Source: a virus | Lineage: Duplodnaviria > Caudoviricetes | Length of the DNA stretch: 64,000 nt | Strand: one strand, 5' to 3' | Virus record (IMG/VR): IMGVR_UViG_3300028832_002790 | Location: 25,207-89,206 of that record | Shown: positions 29,710 through 34,811 of the stretch, in pieces | Numbering within the stretch: the first letter of the stretch is position 1 | Layout: each line of letters opens with the position of its first letter | The notes under the pieces: model-generated | What the model was told of the DNA's origin: nothing | What the model saw: only the letters and a program-made list of their open reading frames with translations | Databases searched by the model: none | Program-made: the position numbers and the translations under genes

Positions 29710-30066
29710 TTATATGCCGCCCCAATTATCAGCGAACATTTTTTCTATGTGCTCGTCGTTGGCCTTTATTTCATCCTCTGACCAATTATATTCTATCATA
29801 TTACACTTTCTGATTATCTGACTAATCATCCTATAGCACTCTTTAATGTCTTTACAAATTTCAATGACGGCCGAATTGTTGTTTTTTACCTCTTCGGCTA
29901 AAAGTTGCTTATAGATATACATCATACGCATTTGACATTCACCAAGACGATTTGCTGTCCCTTCTAGCCCTTCATCATTATATTCTTTCAAAACCTGCAT
30001 CGCCGCGTCTTCAAGCGACTCTGCAACAACCTGTTTATCTTCTGTATTCTGTTCTGTTTTGTCCAT
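29710..30066 (-). CDS. Putative internal head protein, 118 aa
   Basis: N-terminal LEDAAMQVLKE motif; TAAATA at 30088-30093. Confidence 0.5.
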   Translation of the reverse strand: MDKTEQNTEDKQVVAESLEDAAMQVLKEYNDEGLEGTANRLGECQMRMMYIYKQLLAEEVKNNNSAVIEICKDIKECYRMISQIIRKCNMIEYNWSEDEIKANDEHIEKMFADNWGGI

Positions 30067-30099
30067 AGTGAAATTCCTATTCAAATATATTTAGTGTAG

Positions 30100-30126
30100 A
30101 AAAAAACGACCTATTTCTAGGTCGTT
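30100..30126 (-). terminator. Intrinsic terminator
   Basis: AACGACCTA-TTTC-TAGGTCGTT plus a U tract on the minus strand. Confidence 0.75.
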
Positions 30127-30356
30127 ATCAACTTGAATATAGCAGCTACCGTACATCCAACCAATGCACCTACTATCAAACATGCCAAAATATGGAAAAT
30201 TGCATAGAAAAACCTAGGCTTTTGCTCATACTTGGCCATCCTGTCGATGTTCGCCATAACCTCTCGGTCGATCCGCTCGTAATTTTCCTCTGATATACGG
30301 TCAAATTCCTCCTCCATGTGGGATTTTTGACCGATCTTTCTATTATTGTTACACAT
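30117..30356 (-). CDS. Small protein with a C-terminal TM helix, 79 aa
   Basis: True start at ATG 30356 (AGGAG SD); the track ORF wrongly extends across tRNA genes. Confidence 0.6.
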   Translation of the reverse strand: MCNNNRKIGQKSHMEEEFDRISEENYERIDREVMANIDRMAKYEQKPRFFYAIFHILACLIVGALVGCTVAAIFKLITT

Positions 30357-30373
30357 AATTTCTCTCCTTAAAT

Positions 30374-30457
30374 TGGTGCCAACAGGGGGACTTGAACCCT
30401 CACGAGTTTCCTCGGCGGATTTTGAGTCCGCTGCGTCTGCCATTCCGCCATGCTGGC
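30374..30457 (-). tRNA. trnL: tRNA-Leu(CAA)
   Basis: Cloverleaf GCCAGCA/TGTTGGC, loop CT-CAA-AA, long V arm, A73, encoded CCA. Confidence 0.95.
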
Positions 30458-30460
30458 TTT

Positions 30461-30536
30461 TGGTGCGCCCGGCGGGAATCGGACCCGCGACCCACGGATT
30501 AAAAGTCCGTTGCTCTACCAGCTGAGCTACGGGCGC
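30461..30536 (-). tRNA. trnK: tRNA-Lys(UUU), T-loop U55->C
   Basis: GCGCCCG/CGGGCGC, loop CT-TTT-AA, T-loop TCCGATT, CCA. Confidence 0.93.
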
Positions 30537-30542
30537 AAAAAA

Positions 30543-30618
30543 TGGAGCGCGATATCGGCCACGATCCGACAACATCTACCTTGGAGGGGTAGCGCTCTGC
30601 CAATTGAGCTAATCGCGC
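30543..30618 (-). tRNA. trnG: tRNA-Gly(UCC), atypical (C33, T-loop ATCGTGG)
   Basis: GCGCGAT/ATCGCGC, U73, loop CC-TCC-AA, CCA. Confidence 0.85.
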
Positions 30619-30630
30619 ATAACAAGATAG

Positions 30631-30659
30631 ACTATACCCTATTTGCCACAAAATGTCAA
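30631..30659 (-). promoter_or_regulatory. sigma70-type promoter of the Gly-Lys-Leu tRNA operon
   Basis: TTGACA-N17-TATAGT. Confidence 0.85.
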
Positions 30660-30665
30660 CAGGAA

Positions 30666-31223
30666 TCAGAAGGCGCTTCTGAGAAGTTCTCTTTCCTTAT
30701 TCGGAGTGAGGCCCTGTCTGGCTGCGTTCAATTCGTCTTTTCCAAACGGAGATGATGCACCGAAAAGGGGTCTGCTCCCCTCCTTCATTCTCTGTGACTT
30801 TCTAAACCGAGTCGAATCGCCGGTATTCTGTTCGAGCTTGCTTATCTCCTCTTCGATGGCGTAAACGGCGTTTCTGGCCTGTTCCAGTGCATAGTAGCAG
30901 GCTTCTACGGTAGCCGCATCGTTCTTCGGATTCGACAGACATCTAGCGAGGTTCTCTACCTCCTGCCTCTCCTTCTTCTTCGCATCCTGAAGCTCGGCTT
31001 CCTTCTTTTCTATGTCGGTAGAAGCCGGAATCTTCAACTGATCGTTGGCGGAAGCGATCCGTCTCTTGTCGGCCGCGCTTGGCTCGTTCTTGTACCTCAG
31101 GTTCGGCCATGGAAATGTCGATGGCTCGTGTCCTGCGTTTGGCTTGAACCCCTCCTGTCCGGGGCGTCCTTTGCGCCCTTCCTCAAGTACGGAGATCACC
31201 GCCTCTTCCAGCGTCTGTATCAT
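30666..31223 (-). CDS. Putative internal head protein, 185 aa
   Basis: N-terminal LEEAVISVLEE motif; charged helical body. Confidence 0.55.
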   Translation of the reverse strand: MIQTLEEAVISVLEEGRKGRPGQEGFKPNAGHEPSTFPWPNLRYKNEPSAADKRRIASANDQLKIPASTDIEKKEAELQDAKKKERQEVENLARCLSNPKNDAATVEACYYALEQARNAVYAIEEEISKLEQNTGDSTRFRKSQRMKEGSRPLFGASSPFGKDELNAARQGLTPNKERELLRSAF

Positions 31224-31574
31224 CTATTGGCCCCCACCATTCGGCAAGGAATCCGCCGGATTCTTCATAATGATGGCGTTATCGACAAGCGACGCCAACG
31301 CCTTGATTGCAGCATCAACCTTTGCGGAATATTCCGAGCCGTTGATGTTGAAGATGTATTCCTTGATGCTGTCGAGCGCGGCTCTGGCCTGATCCCACTT
31401 TACGACAAGGGCGTCCATTTCCTTCTGCTTCGCCTTCTCGTCGTCGAGCGGCTTTCTTGTCACGCCGTCGTCTGTCGCCTGAGCAGGGTTCTTTACAACC
31501 TGACCGAATATCGCCTCGTTCAGCACCTTCATGCCGATTTCGCCAAGTTCTTCTCCGTTTTCGTTGAATTGCAT
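31224..31574 (-). CDS. Putative internal head protein, 116 aa
   Basis: N-terminal LGEIGMKVLNE-A motif. Confidence 0.55.
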   Translation of the reverse strand: MQFNENGEELGEIGMKVLNEAIFGQVVKNPAQATDDGVTRKPLDDEKAKQKEMDALVVKWDQARAALDSIKEYIFNINGSEYSAKVDAAIKALASLVDNAIIMKNPADSLPNGGGQ

Positions 31575-31584
31575 CTTATATCTC

Positions 31585-31779
31585 CTAAAGGACTACGTTT
31601 CCGTTGCCGTCGTCTCCACCCTTGCCGCCGGACTCCTCGCCGCTCTTCTTTTTGGTCTTTCCGCAGGATTTGCAGTGCCACTTTCCGTCGCTCTCTTCTT
31701 GCATCTTTGTTCCGCAGCATTCAGGAGCGTCATGTTGCTCCATAAGAATCTGCATAGCTATTTCGCCGAGTTCTTCCAT
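31585..31779 (-). CDS. Small Zn-ribbon protein, putative internal head protein, 64 aa
   Basis: LGEIAMQILME motif, then ECCG...WHCKSCG; exact TATAAATA at 31800-31807. Confidence 0.6.
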   Translation of the reverse strand: MEELGEIAMQILMEQHDAPECCGTKMQEESDGKWHCKSCGKTKKKSGEESGGKGGDDGNGNVVL

Positions 31780-31851
31780 TTTTATTGTTCCTATAACAAT
31801 ATTTATAGACAACGGCCTCCCGGACAGAATACCTTAAATACCTATGAGAGC

Positions 31852-32199
31852 ATGAACCGACACAAAGCGAAGCGACTGACCCTCAAAGAAATGAACGAAA
31901 CCCTGCCACAATGGTTCGTGAAAAGCTTCGATTTGACCTTCAAACTGCTCGAAACCAACAACTTCGTAGATTTCAAGAGGATAGAAACCTTCGTAAAGTC
32001 CTCGATATCCCACATAACCGCCCCGGAAGACGAGGAGAATCCAGTCAAGCATATACTGGTTGAGCCGGAAAACAAAGGCGTAAAAGGCGAGTATCAGTAC
32101 ATTTCGACGAATGTATACGTCGTTACAGCAGAATCAACGTGGAAGATCGTCAAATCCTGTAAGGTAAAGTTACGCTTTTCCTTACAAAAGTGGGACTAG
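31852..32199 (+). CDS. Hypothetical protein, 115 aa
   Basis: Lone + strand ORF; TAAATA at 31835-31840; the track ORF 31531-32199 is over-extended. Confidence 0.55.
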   Translation: MNRHKAKRLTLKEMNETLPQWFVKSFDLTFKLLETNNFVDFKRIETFVKSSISHITAPEDEENPVKHILVEPENKGVKGEYQYISTNVYVVTAESTWKIVKSCKVKLRFSLQKWD

Positions 32200-32203
32200 A
32201 TTA

Positions 32204-33007
32204 TTACCACCAAACAGGAAAATTCTCCACGGTAAATGGAATTTTTCCATCAAGAAAACTTTGATACTTTTTATAATCGATGAAATATATCTGTAACTCT
32301 GGATTTTGTTCCATCACATGACGCATCTTGATTCTGTCTCTTTCAAAATAGAATCCTTTTACTTCAACATATCTATCCTCGTTAGGTATATAAAAATCTG
32401 GATTGTATCGATGTGTTACCCCATCCATTTTATATAAAATAGGTTTACCTCTAACCCATTTCACTCCCATCGAATTCAACTTTTCAGCTACCGCCTTCTC
32501 CCACTTTCCTTGACATTTGTATTCAACACCATCAATGTTTTTTACCAAAAATCTTTTAATTCTTTTAAAATGTGTATCATACGAATCTGATTCTAACCAT
32601 TTACTCACCGCCTCTGATATCTTTTCTCTTCTTTCGGCAGAAAAAACAAATTTTTTGATCTCGCCGGTTTTGTATCTACGCATAAATGTTTCTCTGCTTT
32701 TCGCAACGGCTTTACTTGTTTCTTTAGTTAGACCAAAATTCCATGCTCGATGTTTGTGATTCTCTTTACTGTGCTTTTGTTTTTCTCGTCTAGTTCTAAA
32801 AATTTGACCACACTGTTGACAAAGCCACCCACCTTCCTTGCTAGAATATACTCGGTTTATTTTTATTCCAATTTTTCTTTGATTCTTTCGTTTCTTGCTA
32901 GAATGTCTGCCTATATAAACCCTTCTACAATGTTCACAACAAAATCTAGTTGATATTATATCACTAGATTTCTCAAAAGATTTATTACACGTTTCACAAA
33001 TATTCAT
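32204..33007 (-). CDS. Putative free-standing homing endonuclease: Zn fingers, NUMOD3-like helix and PD-(D/E)XK nuclease, 267 aa
   Basis: CETC..CEHC and CQQC..H..H fingers; SAERREKIS; YNPDFY...YVEVKG; visibly AT-rich versus flanks. Confidence 0.75.
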   Translation of the reverse strand: MNICETCNKSFEKSSDIISTRFCCEHCRRVYIGRHSSKKRKNQRKIGIKINRVYSSKEGGWLCQQCGQIFRTRREKQKHSKENHKHRAWNFGLTKETSKAVAKSRETFMRRYKTGEIKKFVFSAERREKISEAVSKWLESDSYDTHFKRIKRFLVKNIDGVEYKCQGKWEKAVAEKLNSMGVKWVRGKPILYKMDGVTHRYNPDFYIPNEDRYVEVKGFYFERDRIKMRHVMEQNPELQIYFIDYKKYQSFLDGKIPFTVENFPVWW

Positions 33008-33050
33008 AATAGTATTTATAGCTCATTGGTTAATGTAGCATATATGTTGA

Positions 33051-33084
33051 AAATAAAAACGCGAGATCCGATCTCGCGTTAAAA
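33051..33084 (-). terminator. Intrinsic terminator after the tRNA-like gene
   Basis: Perfect 10-bp stem AACGCGAGAT/ATCTCGCGTT, then TTTATTTT on the minus strand. Confidence 0.85.
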
Positions 33085-33164
33085 TGGTCCGGGTGGAGGG
33101 ATTTGAACCCCCATGTGACCAGTTAGCCTTTCTAGACCTTATAAGAGTCAGGGCATACACCCGG
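33085..33164 (-). tRNA. Permuted ('rewired') tRNA-like RNA with UAU anticodon (Ile/AUA candidate)
   Basis: Perfect 7-bp acceptor CCGGGTG/CACCCGG, A73-CCA, T-arm with TTCAAAT, anticodon loop CT-TAT-AA; the D-loop-like AACTGGTCA lies 3' of the anticodon arm. Confidence 0.7.
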
Positions 33165-33373
33165 AATTTAGCTGACTCTGATGAACTTCCGAACGATTTC
33201 TCGTGATCTTACGGTTAGGGAAGCCGATCTTAAATGGTGGATTATCGGGCTTTTACCGCAGTCTGTGATTTATTTGGTTGGCCGTTCCTAGGTTGGCTTA
33301 ACCACTTCAATCACACTCGCACCGATCCTTGTGTACTGCTTTCTCTCATTACCGTCGTAACAAGATTAAAATC
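33165..33373 (-). ncRNA. Unassigned ~200-nt structured RNA between tRNA-Ala and the permuted tRNA
   Basis: No ORF; several nested helices and a GAAA-capped hairpin found by eye. Confidence 0.5.
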
Positions 33374-33449
33374 TGGTGGACACGTGCGGACTCGAACCGC
33401 GATCCCCTGAGTGCAAATCAGGAATTCTAACCAATTGAACTACCGGCCC
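33374..33449 (-). tRNA. trnA: tRNA-Ala(UGC) with an irregular acceptor stem
   Basis: G3.U70, A73-CCA, loop TT-TGC-AC; mismatches at 5:68, 6:67 and 49:65. Confidence 0.75.
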
Positions 33450-33457
33450 ACACCAAA

Positions 33458-33706
33458 CTACTTCTTTTTATTCAACGCATCGATGAGATTCTGATAGGCA
33501 CCGATGCGGCAGGCGTCGCCATCCACAATCTCCATGGATAGAGTGAATTCCTCAGATCCGATTTCAATGCTTCCGTTGCCAACTCTGGCACAAATATCCC
33601 GGATCTCCTTACGATATGCGGCAATCTGCTCTTCCCAGTCTGCGAGCTTGTTGGCCTTCACCGCCTTCTCGTATTCTTTTTCTGCGAATGTTTTCTTTGT
33701 TGCCAT
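33458..33706 (-). CDS. Hypothetical protein, 82 aa
   Basis: ORF with GGAGG SD. Confidence 0.65.
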   Translation of the reverse strand: MATKKTFAEKEYEKAVKANKLADWEEQIAAYRKEIRDICARVGNGSIEIGSEEFTLSMEIVDGDACRIGAYQNLIDALNKKK

Positions 33707-33724
33707 TTTATTTTCCTCCTTAGT

Positions 33725-34006
33725 TTACAATGCACAAGATCCATTGTCCGGCACAACTTGATCGTCGCGGATCTCATCGGTTGGTCCAGTACAGCCGGAC
33801 GATGGCGACGGCACATCTTCGCCGTCCGGCTCGATACGAAAACTCTCACCAAGGGTGTCCTTGATGATCAACCACAACCCACCAATAACCCTATCGAGAT
33901 CCTGTCTGTCAACCTTGTTCAAACATTTGTTGGCGGCAGCCTTCGACACGCCATATGCGAAATCGTAAACCAACCTAACCTGATTGATGATTTCTTGCTT
34001 TTGCAT
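33725..34006 (-). CDS. Hypothetical protein, 93 aa
   Basis: ORF with AAGGAG SD before ATG 34006. Confidence 0.65.
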   Translation of the reverse strand: MQKQEIINQVRLVYDFAYGVSKAAANKCLNKVDRQDLDRVIGGLWLIIKDTLGESFRIEPDGEDVPSPSSGCTGPTDEIRDDQVVPDNGSCAL

Positions 34007-34019
34007 TTCTATTTCTCCT

Positions 34020-34232
34020 TTATTCAACATTGTTTGTCACTACCGGAATATAGGCATCGGTCGAAACATCTCCAATCCGCTGCACGACATACGTCTGCTG
34101 AGCGGAAGCGTTCTCCAATGCATCCAAGCGATGATTCGTCTTGATTCCCCACCTGAGAATGACCAAGAATGTCGCCGCGATCACCAGCGTCTCCGCGAGA
34201 CGAAAAAGTTCTGTTTTTAATTCTTTGTTCAT
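34020..34232 (-). CDS. Small single-TM protein, 70 aa
   Basis: LVIAATFLVILRW hydrophobic segment; AAGGAG SD. Confidence 0.6.
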   Translation of the reverse strand: MNKELKTELFRLAETLVIAATFLVILRWGIKTNHRLDALENASAQQTYVVQRIGDVSTDAYIPVVTNNVE

Positions 34233-34253
34233 TTTTTGTTTCTCCTTAGTTTT

Positions 34254-34341
34254 TGGAGCCAGCGGTGAGATTCGAACTCACGAAAGGGTTCCCCCTGCTT
34301 GATTACAAATCAAGTCCATTTGACCACTATGGTACACTGGC
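34254..34341 (-). tRNA. trnT: tRNA-Thr(UGU) with a long class II variable arm
   Basis: GCCAGTG/CGCTGGC, U73-CCA, perfect stem CTTGA/TCAAG, loop TT-TGT-AA, V-arm AGGG-GGAA-CCCT. Confidence 0.85.
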
Positions 34342-34361
34342 GTAAGTTTCGTACATCACAA

Positions 34362-34445
34362 GACCCTTTTCAGTTTGCGGGATCGAACCGCTTCGTTGAT
34401 TTTTGCAGAATCAATTTTAACCATTAACGTATTGCTGTGAGGGCC
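34362..34445 (-). pseudogene. tRNA-Cys(GCA)-like element without CCA (pseudo-tRNA or mimic)
   Basis: 6-bp stem TTGATT/AATCAA with loop CT-GCA-AA, T-arm GCGG-TTCGATC-CCGC, D-loop AATGGTTA; broken acceptor stem. Confidence 0.6.
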
Positions 34446-34494
34446 TTAACTTCCACTCAGATCGCTCCGAGCGCCGCCTTGCCAAGACATTTAC

Positions 34495-34523
34495 TATTTA
34501 CCATATTTCAATCCTTTTGTCAA
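34495..34523 (-). promoter_or_regulatory. Promoter for the Cys-like/Thr RNA unit (early/late hybrid)
   Basis: TTGACA-N17(ending TGG)-TAAATA; the -10 equals the late motif. Confidence 0.65.
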
Positions 34524-34529
34524 TCAAAT

Positions 34530-34606
34530 TGGTTCTGGTGGTCCGACTTGAACGGACGACTTTCACATTATCAGTGTGACTATCTAACCAGCTGATATAC
34601 ACCAGA
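34530..34606 (-). tRNA. trnI: tRNA-Ile(GAU)
   Basis: TCTGGTG/CACCAGA, loop CT-GAT-AA, A73-CCA. Confidence 0.93.
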
Positions 34607-34611
34607 ATGAA

Positions 34612-34697
34612 TGGTGGTGGGTGAAGGAGTCGCGCCTACGCAGCCCGAAAGCAAGAGATTTACAGTCTCCCCCTCGCCTCTAGAGGAATAACCCACC
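34612..34697 (-). tRNA. trnY: tRNA-Tyr(GUA), atypical T-loop CGCGACT
   Basis: GGTGGGT/ACCCACC, loop CT-GTA-AA, V-arm with UUCG loop, A73-CCA. Confidence 0.88.
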
Positions 34698-34698
34698 T

Positions 34699-34775
34699 TG
34701 GTGGTCGGAACAGGACTCGGACCTGCGACATTCTGGGTGTAAACCAGACTCTCTAACCAACTGAGATATCCGACC
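34699..34775 (-). tRNA. trnV: tRNA-Val(UAC), T-loop U55->C
   Basis: GGTCGGA/TCCGACC, loop TT-TAC-AC, T-loop TCCGAGT, CCA. Confidence 0.92.
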
Positions 34776-34782
34776 GCTCATA

Positions 34783-34811
34783 AATCTACCAGAAATACCA
34801 TCCTATGTCAA
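34783..34811 (-). promoter_or_regulatory. sigma70-type promoter of the Val-Tyr-Ile tRNA operon
   Basis: TTGACA-N17(ending TGG)-TAGATT. Confidence 0.8.

Noticed and set aside
30357-30575. 5' extension of the 152-aa track ORF, and of the 431-aa ORF to 36107
   Set aside because: These extensions run through tRNA genes; SD-supported or more plausible starts lie downstream.
33129-33138. Alternative anticodon AGA (Ser) or CTA (amber suppressor) in the tRNA-like RNA
   Set aside because: The flanking stems for those loops are mostly mismatched. The CT-TAT-AA loop has the better stem and a canonical loop pattern.
33144-33225. Hammerhead ribozyme on + (CTGATGA at 33178-33184 next to a stem)
   Set aside because: No GAAA after the candidate stem II and no NUH before stem I.
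33165-33373. Group I intron (size similar to tRNA-Ile introns), RNase P RNA (P4-like AAG.CCGAT/ATCGGCTT) or tmRNA
   Set aside because: There is no consistent P3/P7 core or U.G splice pair and the element is not inside a tRNA. The P4-like strands are only 15 nt apart and CR-I GAGGAAAGUCC is absent. The CCA-bearing stem lacks G3.U70 and its 5' strand is local. It is kept as an unassigned RNA.
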